A DNA stretch of 64,000 nt from a virus: positions 1 through 64,000 of the IMG/VR virus record IMGVR_UViG_3300025816_000006; one strand, 5' to 3'. Both the position numbers and the translations under genes were made by a program. This document shows, in pieces, positions 1-7,009 of the stretch (position 1 is the first letter of the stretch; every line of letters starts with the position of its first letter). The notes below the pieces were generated by a model. The model ran no database searches, was not told the origin of the DNA, and saw only the letters and a program-made list of their open reading frames with translations.

Positions 1-98
1 CGCCAGACTTTCCAAGTACCTCAATTCTACCACGAAAGATGCCGGTTACAACACCTTTCTTCAATTTTGTGCCAAGTTTTACAACTGGCGTTTGTGGA

Positions 99-332
99 TC
101 AACCATCCTCATTTTCCTTTGCTTCTAGGGCGCGTTGTTGTTCTGCCGCTTCGTCGGCACGATCTTTACGAATACGATCCGCTTTACTGTTTAGTGTCTC
201 TGCTAGTGAGAGATACTGATCGTCTGTCATTGTAACACAGACTTCGTTCTGATCGGAATCGTTGAACGTCAGTGCTTTCCAACCAGTGTAAGCGTGGTCG
301 AATTTTAACTCTACGGTAGTTTTGACTTTCAT
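99..332 (-). CDS. small hypothetical early protein (start moved to MKVKTT)
   Basis: ATG at 332 preceded by GGAGAG SD and promoter 370-397. Confidence 0.75.
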   Translation of the reverse strand: MKVKTTVELKFDHAYTGWKALTFNDSDQNEVCVTMTDDQYLSLAETLNSKADRIRKDRADEAAEQQRALEAKENEDG

Positions 333-369
333 AAGTCTCTCCAAAAGGGGTTGTGAATTGAACTCTTCT

Positions 370-397
370 ATTATACTATACTTATCGGGCTTGTCAA
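370..397 (-). promoter_or_regulatory. sigma70-type promoter TTGACA-N16-TATAAT with internal CCGATAA box (representative of the early class)
   Basis: Minus strand TTGACAagcccgataagtatagTATAAT. Same class at 650-677, 1043-1070, 2434-2461, 2609-2637, 3309-3337, 3550-3577, 3783-3810, 4960-4988, 5174-5201, 6405-6433, 7854-7881, 8598-8625, 8853-8880, 9076-9103. Confidence 0.9.
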
Positions 398-406
398 GAA
401 AAAACT

Positions 407-610
407 TTAGAATCCATGTTGATATTTCTCAGGTAATTTGCAGTACCAAGACAGCATATCTTTCCAAGTCTTTGCCGCTTCTATTAGCCAAGTTCCATCG
501 TCATCGAATGGATGTTCTGCAAGCTCTTGAAGTTTGCTCGCATATCCCTTTAGCATATCTTCATGAACGCCTGCTTCTAGCTGCTCTTCTGTAAATTCAA
601 ATCCAATCAT
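407..610 (-). CDS. small hypothetical protein (start MIGFEF)
   Basis: AGGAG SD upstream of ATG 610; own promoter 650-677. Confidence 0.7.
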   Translation of the reverse strand: MIGFEFTEEQLEAGVHEDMLKGYASKLQELAEHPFDDDGTWLIEAAKTWKDMLSWYCKLPEKYQHGF

Positions 611-683
611 CTCAAATCTCCTAAAAAGTTTAGTGTAGTTTACTCTTCTATTATACTCTATCGTCATTCTTTGTCAAGTATCT

Positions 684-857
684 TTAGTTAATTTGCAAAA
701 TAATTTCGTCAAGAACTGCAAGGTCTGAATCTTTGTCGATGTAGATACTACCCGTTATTGCGTCTGAATCAGCAGGGAATCCCGCACCGTTCTTGACAGT
801 GTAGCGTACCTTGGTCTTAGTTTCTTTGTCTTTGGTAAAAACAATACTGTTAGTCAT
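684..857 (-). CDS. small hypothetical protein (start MTNSIV)
   Basis: TAATG stop/start overlap with upstream ORF 857-1018. Confidence 0.7.
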   Translation of the reverse strand: MTNSIVFTKDKETKTKVRYTVKNGAGFPADSDAITGSIYIDKDSDLAVLDEIILQIN

Positions 858-1018
858 TACTGTTTCCATTCTACTGTAAACTCCACTTTCTGTTTAGGTT
901 GTGCCGCCCATACGTCAGGCGATCCGGTTGTGATTCTGTAATTCCTTACGGGTTGACGACAGCCAATCAACATGCAACCCGCGAGAAATGCCAGTGCTAA
1001 AATCAGTGCTTCTCTCAT
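857..1018 (-). CDS. 53-aa putative lipoprotein (not in ORF track)
   Basis: MREALILALAFLAGCMLIGCRQPVRN...: hydrophobic signal plus LAGC/LIGC lipobox; AAGGA SD; promoter 1043-1070. Confidence 0.65.
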   Translation of the reverse strand: MREALILALAFLAGCMLIGCRQPVRNYRITTGSPDVWAAQPKQKVEFTVEWKQ

Positions 1019-1142
1019 TTGTCTCGTCCTTGTTATGTCTTGATTATACTATAGTTATCGTCATTGTCAAGACTTTACTTTAGTTTATTTTTTATTATTT
1101 TCGCTGGCTGGCTGGCTGTAATAACATAATCTGTTTAGATTA

Positions 1143-1214
1143 GAAAAGACAGGACGGGAAGCCATACCGTCCGAACCCTTTGGTCACAATGAGGCTTTAA
1201 CTGGGCTGTCTTAT
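1143..1214 (-). ncRNA. putative ~70-nt small RNA
   Basis: Promoter TTGACA(1243-1248)-N16-GATAAT with no ORF downstream; AAGACAG/CTGTCTT closing stem, GGACGG/CCGTCC hairpin, U-tract end. Confidence 0.4.
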
Positions 1215-1279
1215 AATATTATTATCGTCTAAAATGTGTGTTTGTCAATAGTCTATTTATAAGTTTTTTAAGAATAGCT

Positions 1280-1359
1280 GTAAGTCCTTGCCGCCAAAGG
1301 AGTTACGACGCCGGGGGCTGCCCCCGCCCGTCCTAAGTCGTTACCAGCAAACGAGTTAC
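1280..1359. repeat. paired-palindrome element, copy 1
   Basis: GTAAGTCCTT-N7-AAGGAGTTAC, 26-bp GC-rich linker, CTAAGTCGTT-N7-AACGAGTTAC. Confidence 0.95.
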
Positions 1360-1418
1360 GACAGTTAGGAACAAGGCGATAAAAAAGTTTAGAAAATAGA
1401 AAGTTTTAGGGTTGACAA

Positions 1419-1664
1419 TCATTCTTCTTCTCTGTGTATTCTTTCCAATAGTTCTTCTTTAGTTGCTTCCGCTTCGCTTTGCGTCCCACATATAAACATG
1501 GCAGGAACCCACGATCCACCCATCCGACCAAGACACCACGCGCCAGCGTCAAGTTGATCATCTGGACTATTTTTGAACGTCTTAGCGTCAAAAGGAGTTC
1601 TTATCATAACGCTGGATTCTGTTGACATTCTAAACAGTACCGCCCAAACGCTTATCTTTTCCAT
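1419..1664 (-). CDS. small hypothetical protein
   Basis: ORF track; ATG start directly after stop of 1666-1878. Confidence 0.7.
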   Translation of the reverse strand: MEKISVWAVLFRMSTESSVMIRTPFDAKTFKNSPDDQLDAGAWCLGRMGGSWVPAMFICGTQSEAEATKEELLERIHREEE

Positions 1665-1665
1665 T

Positions 1666-1878
1666 TTAGTATCCTAACCAGTTTACAAGTTGTTGTGAGT
1701 CCACTTCGCCATTCTCGTCCAGCATTGCTATGATCTCGTAACCTTCTTCGTCAAAGCTACAGCCTAGGTCGTTATCCACACCCTCAGCAACGTCATCCCA
1801 TCCGTGTGCTTCCAGAATCGTTTTTGCAATCTTTACCGATACGGTTGGGAACTGCTCTGCCCATTCTTGACTATCCAT
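1666..1878 (-). CDS. small acidic hypothetical protein
   Basis: AAGGA SD, CAA-rich leader. Confidence 0.75.
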   Translation of the reverse strand: MDSQEWAEQFPTVSVKIAKTILEAHGWDDVAEGVDNDLGCSFDEEGYEIIAMLDENGEVDSQQLVNWLGY

Positions 1879-1916
1879 TGTATTTCCTTAGTTGTTGTTT
1901 TTGTTGTTGGCGATTG

Positions 1917-2096
1917 TTACGCTTTTCGTTTTTGTGCTTGAACGTTGTCGCTCTTAGCTTTGGTGCGTAGATTCTCTTGCCAGTCGAGGTAATCTTCTGC
2001 ATCTTTATAACTCCAAAAATTTCTAGTTAGTCCAGTGGTCTTGTTTTCTACTTGCCACTGTGTACGCTTGTTGATTGTTACTTTAAAATTTGTCAT
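1917..2096 (-). CDS. small hypothetical protein
   Basis: ATG at 2096 overlapping the end of 2083-2397. Confidence 0.65.
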   Translation of the reverse strand: MTNFKVTINKRTQWQVENKTTGLTRNFWSYKDAEDYLDWQENLRTKAKSDNVQAQKRKA

Positions 2097-2397
2097 CAAA
2101 TTCAATTATCCCTTCTTTTACCATAGCACCAACAAAAGTTTGCTGGTTTGTATGTAGTGCGATTTCGTCGGTGTGTCCATTGTAATCGAACTCGCCGGTA
2201 GCGTCAACCTGTTTCCGGTAGTTCTCTATGTTTTCTTGCTTGATTCTTTTGAGTCTACGATACTCGCTTTCCTGCTCTTGCTTGAACAGGTCATCTTCTT
2301 GAGTGTAGAAAATGGTTTCACCATTACCAACATTCAGACCGTAAATCTCGTCGCGGGTCATTTCAGCATCAAGGCAGATTTCGTTGAAGTTCATCAT
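2083..2397 (-). CDS. hypothetical protein
   Basis: TAAGGA SD; promoter 2434-2461. Confidence 0.8.
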   Translation of the reverse strand: MMNFNEICLDAEMTRDEIYGLNVGNGETIFYTQEDDLFKQEQESEYRRLKRIKQENIENYRKQVDATGEFDYNGHTDEIALHTNQQTFVGAMVKEGIIEFDDKF

Positions 2398-2457
2398 GTT
2401 TTCCTTAGTAGTTGTTGTTTGTTGTATGTCTCTATTATACAGATAGAGTTGTGTTTG

Positions 2458-2601
2458 TCAAGGGGCAATTCGTAAATCGTCAAAGTTTTTTTGGATAAAC
2501 TTACAGATTGCATTCCAGCGTGGTGTGGATACGTCAGAGGGAACTTGCCCACCATATGCCCAGATATTTATCATTCTCATCATGTGTTTGCTTTTTCTCA
2601 T
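2458..2601 (-). CDS. 47-aa hypothetical protein, probably leaderless
   Basis: ATG lies ~7 nt after the -10 box at 2609-2614; MRKSKHMMRMINIWAYGG... Confidence 0.5.
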   Translation of the reverse strand: MRKSKHMMRMINIWAYGGQVPSDVSTPRWNAICKFIQKNFDDLRIAP

Positions 2602-2677
2602 GTTTTCCATTATACTATAGTTATCGGCTTTTGTCAACCCCTATCTATAGTTTATTTCTAATTTTTTATGAATTGTT

Positions 2678-2757
2678 CTAAGTCGTTGTCAGTAAAGGAC
2701 TTACGGTTGCCGGGGGCCGCCCCCGCCGTCCTAAACCCTTGCGGCGTAAGGACTTAG
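2678..2757. repeat. paired-palindrome element, copy 2
   Basis: CTAAGTCGTT-N7-AAGGACTTAC, 26-bp GC linker, CTAAACCCTT-N7-AAGGACTTAG. Confidence 0.95.
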
Positions 2758-2761
2758 GGAA

Positions 2762-2840
2762 AACAAAGAAGCGGGGTGGGACATCTGACTTACCTGCGGC
2801 GATCATTTCGCAGTACAGACCCGTTCGTCCCCGCATCTTC
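2762..2840 (-). terminator. extended GC hairpin with U-rich tail (terminator or 3' structured RNA)
   Basis: GCGGGG/CCCCGC, TCTG/CAGA and CTGCG/CGCAG stems followed by TTCTTTGTTT, downstream of ORF 2858-3052. Confidence 0.5.
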
Positions 2841-2857
2841 GCAACAACACAACAACA

Positions 2858-3052
2858 TTAGAACATAAGGTCAAGATTGTACTTATTACGCGCTAGACGC
2901 ACAATATACGGCACTTGCCCTTGGTGGGCGGTTCGGATCTTGCGACCCTTGCGGTCATACTCGCGGATCTCAGCGCGTTGGTGGCGCTGTGAGTTGGAGG
3001 TGTTGAGAATAACGCGAGCAGTGACAGCAGGTTTTGATTGTAAAGTTTTCAT
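2858..3052 (-). CDS. small basic hypothetical protein
   Basis: ORF track; AC-rich leader like neighbouring genes. Confidence 0.7.
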   Translation of the reverse strand: MKTLQSKPAVTARVILNTSNSQRHQRAEIREYDRKGRKIRTAHQGQVPYIVRLARNKYNLDLMF

Positions 3053-3342
3053 AATGTGAATTTCTCTATCTGTGGTTGTTGAAAAAAAGAGTCTCGGTTT
3101 TTTATCGTGGTTCTCTCCACGCTGCCGCTGTCAGGCCCATTGTGGGCGGCATCGCCTTTAGTTTCCGACTTTCATTCTCAGTTACTCTGCTGGTGTTGCG
3201 GTTTCTAGTAATACACCCATCGGGGCTTTCTAACATGCTACGGGTCTTGGCACTCATTACTGAACTTTTCGTTCTGCCCGTTTTAGTTGTCCATTGGATT
3301 ATATCTCCATTTTAACGTAGGTTGATGCCCTTGTCAAGTCAA

Positions 3343-3522
3343 TTACCACGGTTGTGGCTGATTATCTTGGAACTCGTTGTTGATTTCCATCCAAACATTT
3401 TCCCAGTGGATGCCTTGGGTGTCCTCGTCAGCTTTACGCTGCTCGCAGTATGCCAACAGTGCAGCGTACTCGTCTTGGTCGTACATATCTTCGATCTGAA
3501 GTTGAGTGTTAAAACTGTTCAT
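3343..3522 (-). CDS. 59-aa acidic hypothetical protein (not in track)
   Basis: AAGGA SD; promoter 3550-3577; MNSFNTQLQIEDMYDQDEY... Confidence 0.7.
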   Translation of the reverse strand: MNSFNTQLQIEDMYDQDEYAALLAYCEQRKADEDTQGIHWENVWMEINNEFQDNQPQPW

Positions 3523-3594
3523 CGTTTTTTCCTTTCGTGTTATGTTCTTATTATACAGTAGTTATCGGCGTTGTCAAGCCGAATCTTGACCTTT

Positions 3595-3744
3595 TTAGAA
3601 AAACTTTCGCAAGTTTCTCAAAGCCTTGACAGCATCGCGGATTGCTTCGCGGAACTCCTCGTTGTGGCTTGGGTTGTCGTATGCCACGATCTCGTCGCTG
3701 AGTTTGCCGATGAGAGTGAAGATGAATGATGGTTTAGTTTTCAT
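3595..3744 (-). CDS. 49-aa hypothetical protein (not in track)
   Basis: TAAGGA SD; promoter 3783-3810. Confidence 0.65.
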   Translation of the reverse strand: MKTKPSFIFTLIGKLSDEIVAYDNPSHNEEFREAIRDAVKALRNLRKFF

Positions 3745-3813
3745 AATTTTAATCCTTAAAGTGTTGTGTGTTGTATGCCTCTATTATACATAGTATCGGC
3801 AATTTGTCAAGTC

Positions 3814-3894
3814 CTACTTCTTACTTTCTTCTAAAATAATCATAAATACTTGAACCATTACCAAACTCGCCGCTGTGCAAATTGCAATTTCCAT
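3814..3894 (-). CDS. 26-aa hydrophobic micropeptide
   Basis: TAAGGAG SD; MEIAICTAASLVMVQVFMIILEESKK. Confidence 0.5.
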   Translation of the reverse strand: MEIAICTAASLVMVQVFMIILEESKK

Positions 3895-3984
3895 ATCGTT
3901 TATCTCCTTACTTATATTATCGGGCATGGCGTTGACAAGTCTGGTCACTCTTATCAGGAAAGTTTAGAAAAGACAGGAATAGTC

Positions 3985-4064
3985 ATAAGTCGTTGCTACG
4001 TAAGGACTTACGGCGCCGGGGGGCGGCCCCGCCGGTCCTAAACCCTTACAGGCAAAGGACTTAC
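3985..4064. repeat. paired-palindrome element, copy 3
   Basis: ATAAGTCGTT-N7-AAGGACTTAC, 26-bp GC linker, CTAAACCCTT-N7-AAGGACTTAC. Confidence 0.95.
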
Positions 4065-4065
4065 G

Positions 4066-4293
4066 TCAATCCCAGATCTCGGACAGCATTTCGCCGTCCT
4101 TCTCTACGCGCCGCATCTGGAGTACAGGCACACCGCCATACCCTTCGGGATGACCACCCGAAACGGTATGCGCTCCGCGCTTGCGGAGGTTCGCCCACGC
4201 CTGCTTGGGAGACTTCCCAAACGCAACGCTGCGCGTGGTGTAATAACCGAACCTGCCGAAGCACTCAACGTCTGAAACGATAACTTTGAACAT
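4066..4293 (-). CDS. small hypothetical protein
   Basis: TAGGA SD; lies at the 3' end of the ncRNA cluster. Confidence 0.7.
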   Translation of the reverse strand: MFKVIVSDVECFGRFGYYTTRSVAFGKSPKQAWANLRKRGAHTVSGGHPEGYGGVPVLQMRRVEKDGEMLSEIWD

Positions 4294-4337
4294 AATAAAA
4301 ATCCTAAAAAGTGTTGTGAAATTTGTATTGTAGGGTT

Positions 4338-4465
4338 AGGGGTGTGTGGGTGACGATCCCACGTTACCGGCGATTTGTTACGCTGTTAGGTCAATCCCCG
4401 CTAAAGGATTAGAGTCTACACTCTGTAACAAAAAGTAGCGTCCGGCTTCTTCCACAGAACACCCC
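4338..4465 (-). ncRNA. tRNA-like structured RNA (acceptor stem + T-arm + large internal domain)
   Basis: GGGGTGT/ACACCCC 7-bp stem directly preceded by GTGGG-ATCGTCA-CCCAC; internal GCCGG/CCGGT, TGTTAC/GTAACA, AGAGT/ACTCT and AATCCTT/GGGGATT helices. Confidence 0.6.
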
Positions 4466-4606
4466 GTATTGTATTGTTTGCGATTTTGTGGATTTGTCTG
4501 ATCTTACAGACCGGGACATCTTGCCCGACTCGCGTTGTGTGGTGAGGACTTACTATCCAACCTGCCGTTGAGCATAAGCCGACCTGTTAGTTTGCCTCTT
4601 GTGTTG

Positions 4607-4709
4607 CGACTGGTGAGGGAGTCGAACCCTCGCAGGTGGCTGATCGAGCCTATGCCGCCAATGTTTCCAGAGGGAGTCGAACCCTCGCATCCTGTCCCAA
4701 CTACCAGTC
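4607..4709 (-). ncRNA. tRNA-like RNA with duplicated T-arm
   Basis: GACTGGT/ACCAGTC 7-bp stem directly preceded by GAGGG-TTCGACT-CCCTC; identical hairpin repeated internally; stemless AGTTGGGA D-loop-like segment. Confidence 0.65.
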
Positions 4710-4867
4710 ATTGTATTGTTTGCGGGAATCGAACCCGCTCGGCTGTCAGGCGTAGCTTGCTGCTACGGTTTTCCTCACTTATTACCGTTCCGGTGTGTGG
4801 TGCGTATCTTGAATAGCTCGCCAGCTATGGCCGCGACTTGGGCGGTGCTTTCGGGTCAAGCCCTTGA

Positions 4868-4890
4868 AACTACCAAATTGTAAAAGATCA
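4868..4890 (-). promoter_or_regulatory. boxA-like antitermination signal, copy 1
   Basis: TGATCTTTTACAATTTGGTAGTT; first 16 nt match E. coli rrn boxA region TGCTCTTTAACAATTT at 14/16; ~60 nt after promoter 4960-4988, preceded by hairpins. Confidence 0.7.
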
Positions 4891-5088
4891 AAAAGTCAAG
4901 CTGACCGGCTGAGATTGGCCGTCATTAAGTCGCCTCGCAGACTCACTTAACATGCCCCCATTATACCATAAGTATCGGCATTTGTCAAGGGGTATCATGA
5001 CTAAAATTGTAAAAATTGGGGAAATTTTCTGAGGTCGTCTTTTCCTTTCTTGGCGACACGACTTGCCGCCTCCCCGTGGAGAATGTTG

Positions 5089-5111
5089 AACTACCAAATT
5101 GTAAAAGATCA
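5089..5111 (-). promoter_or_regulatory. boxA-like antitermination signal, copy 2
   Basis: Exact 23-bp repeat of 4868-4890; ~55 nt after promoter 5174-5201, preceded by GAGAG/CTCTC hairpin. Confidence 0.7.
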
Positions 5112-5249
5112 GTGAGAAGACTGATGAGAGCGTCCCAGTTCGTCGGGTGCTTTCCTCTCTGCTTCACTCCCCCATTATAATATATATCGGCTATTTGTCA
5201 AGCCCTAGGCCACTTTAATTCGCAATTATTTAGAAGTTTTATAGTTGAC

Positions 5250-5328
5250 GTAAGTTGTTGCTACGTAAGGACTTACGTCGCGGCGGGCTGCCCCGCCGGT
5301 CCTAAACCCTTACTGCTAAAGGACTTAC
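5250..5328. repeat. paired-palindrome element, copy 4
   Basis: GTAAGTTGTT-N7-AAGGACTTAC, 25-bp GC linker, CTAAACCCTT-N7-AAGGACTTAC. Confidence 0.95.
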
Positions 5329-5352
5329 AACTATTCTTAATAAAATAAGAAA

Positions 5353-5859
5353 TTATACCAAATAGGTCTTGACACCAACTTGACCGGCAAGGTCAACATT
5401 GTGTTGGTCATCATCGTAAAAGTAGACAACATCAAAAAGCTGATTCAAAGTCTGTAGAACCTTTTGCTTTTCTGCTGGAATATCAACTTTTTTATCATCG
5501 GAACCAACACCGAAAACGCGAACAGGTTTAACATCAAAACCGCAAAGCCAATCAACGATTGCATCGGCCACATTATCAGCGCGAGCAGTGAGAACATAAA
5601 CGCTATGTCCTTCGTCGTGAACTTCTTTAGCTAGAGCCATAAGAAAAGTAGGATTAGCGGAACGAATGAACTCAGCAGAACGGAACTCGGAAAAGTCATA
5701 TTCTTCACCGTCTGCTAGAACGTCAGTATTGAACTCAGCAGGAGTCAACTTGCGAATAGGTAAACCGCGAGTACCGCGACCGTTTGGACGACGAACGAGA
5801 ACCTTGCAGTCAGTAGTTGCCAAAGTGTCGTCAAAATCAAATACAAATGCTTTTTTCAT
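5353..5859 (-). CDS. HAD-superfamily phosphatase (PNKP/RNA-repair-like)
   Basis: Motif I FDFDDTL, motif II VLTAR, K, motif IV FYDDD. Confidence 0.85.
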   Translation of the reverse strand: MKKAFVFDFDDTLATTDCKVLVRRPNGRGTRGLPIRKLTPAEFNTDVLADGEEYDFSEFRSAEFIRSANPTFLMALAKEVHDEGHSVYVLTARADNVADAIVDWLCGFDVKPVRVFGVGSDDKKVDIPAEKQKVLQTLNQLFDVVYFYDDDQHNVDLAGQVGVKTYLV

Positions 5860-5914
5860 AATCTTAAATTCCTTAATTGTTGTTTTGTTGTATGCCCTAT
5901 TATAACATAGGGGT

Positions 5915-5931
5915 GTGACACGTTAGGTCAC
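5915..5931. promoter_or_regulatory. second upstream motif GTGAC-N7-GTCA(C)
   Basis: Exact GTGACACGTTAGGTCA at 5915, 6137, 7431, 7628; variant TTGACAAGTCTGGTCAC at 3932; always upstream of minus-strand genes lacking a TTGACA -35. Confidence 0.8.
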
Positions 5932-5940
5932 GAATCAGGA

Positions 5941-6081
5941 CTAATCCTGAGAAACGTGGAATCCACGTTTAACCAAGGACTCGCCGTGAGCGTGGGAAAC
6001 CAACATCAAACCGCCTGCCGAAATGGAAACGATAGTTGCGGTGATGATGCCGAAAGTGTTGTGATTGAATTTGATAGTCAT
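5941..6081 (-). CDS. 46-aa hypothetical protein (not in track)
   Basis: MTIKFNHNTFGIITATIVSISAGG...; downstream of motif 6137. Confidence 0.55.
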   Translation of the reverse strand: MTIKFNHNTFGIITATIVSISAGGLMLVSHAHGESLVKRGFHVSQD

Positions 6082-6155
6082 AATTTTTCTCTTAGTTAGT
6101 GTTGTCTCTTGTATATTACTATTATCGTCTATAGGCGTGACACGTTAGGTCAATT

Positions 6156-6365
6156 CTAACCAGCAATCTCAAAAGATTTTATATCTTTTTGTTGGGTGTG
6201 AATCCATCTTTGAATTTTGTGGTCGTAAAACATAACCCGATCACCATTGATGGAGACATTGTTGGCGGTGGTAGTGTGAACCCAACCACACTTGACACCG
6301 TTTCCGGTTACGGTGATGTTGGCGGTGGAATCAGTGTTGGTGATGAAGTTTTGAAAGTTAGTCAT
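6156..6365 (-). CDS. small hypothetical protein
   Basis: TAAGGT SD; promoter 6405-6433. Confidence 0.75.
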   Translation of the reverse strand: MTNFQNFITNTDSTANITVTGNGVKCGWVHTTTANNVSINGDRVMFYDHKIQRWIHTQQKDIKSFEIAG

Positions 6366-6542
6366 AGTTGTTTACCTTAAAGAGTTGTTGTTTGTTATGT
6401 CCTAAGTATATCATATATATCGTCATTTGTCAACCCCTCTCTACACCTAAAATGGAATTATATAGGAAATAATTTTACCCCCCTACTGGTGGTGTTGTAC
6501 CCCCCGTTGGCGTTACGGGTCAAGATAAGCAAAGACATTACC

Positions 6543-6621
6543 CTAAGTCGTTGCTACATAAGGAGTTACGTCAATCGGGGCTGCCCTGTCCATCCTAAGT
6601 CGTTACTACCAAAGGACTTAT
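6543..6621. repeat. paired-palindrome element, copy 5
   Basis: CTAAGTCGTT-N7-AAGGAGTTAC, 25-bp linker, CTAAGTCGTT-N7-AAGGACTTAT. Confidence 0.95.
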
Positions 6622-6666
6622 AACTATTCTGAGAAAATTGCAAAAATGTCTATTGACACGTCATAA

Positions 6667-6786
6667 TTAACTCCAGTGTAAAAGCATATAAACTATTGAC
6701 ATTATACCAAACATAATGGTAATAACGCAGATCCCCATCATAAATAAATCGAACAGGGCAGAACAAAGTTTTCCAAAGTTTTCCAT
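6667..6786 (-). CDS. 39-aa membrane micropeptide (not in track)
   Basis: GGAG SD; MENFGKLCSALFDLFMMGICVITIMFGIMSIVYMLLHWS. Confidence 0.55.
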   Translation of the reverse strand: MENFGKLCSALFDLFMMGICVITIMFGIMSIVYMLLHWS

Positions 6787-6789
6787 TTC

Positions 6790-6882
6790 TTACTCCACGG
6801 ACGCACAAGCATCACAAGTTGGCTGGACAACATCGTTGCGACGATTGGAGCAGTCGCAACCACAAATTACACAAATTTTCAT
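6790..6882 (-). CDS. 30-aa Cys-rich (Zn-ribbon-like) peptide (not in track)
   Basis: MKICVICGCDC...TCDACASVE, two CxxC pairs; TAGGA SD. Confidence 0.55.
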   Translation of the reverse strand: MKICVICGCDCSNRRNDVVQPTCDACASVE

Positions 6883-6915
6883 AATAGTTGTTTCCTAGTT
6901 GGAAGTTGTTAAGTT

Positions 6916-7005
6916 GTTGGGTCGCAGTTTTGATTACCTAGTATAACTTGCGGTTAAATTCCTAGAACCTGATTTATTTATATTCGGCAGGATATCCGAG
7001 TAGAA
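6916..7005. ncRNA. conserved pseudoknot + hairpin element, copy A
   Basis: Homologous to 8298-8390 with compensatory base changes in two helices. Confidence 0.65.
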
Positions 7006-7009
7006 CGCA

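Noticed and set aside
4338-4465. tmRNA
   Set aside because: Only ~128 nt, no G3-U70 pair, no A73-CCA, no tag reading frame.
4607-4709. Canonical tRNA-Ser(CGA), reading the inner hairpin as an anticodon arm
   Set aside because: No D-stem, pyrimidine at position 37, 38-nt variable region, and the inner hairpin is an exact copy of the T-arm.
5121-5160. Hammerhead ribozyme (CTGATGA on plus strand)
   Set aside because: No GAAA after stem II and no stems I/III; the hairpin is better explained as the minus-strand leader before boxA.
6916-7005. SAM-II, preQ1, twister or pistol assignment
   Set aside because: Only short partial resemblances (TTTAACCG, GGTTCTAG, GGGTACAAC); the required core nucleotides and helices are absent.
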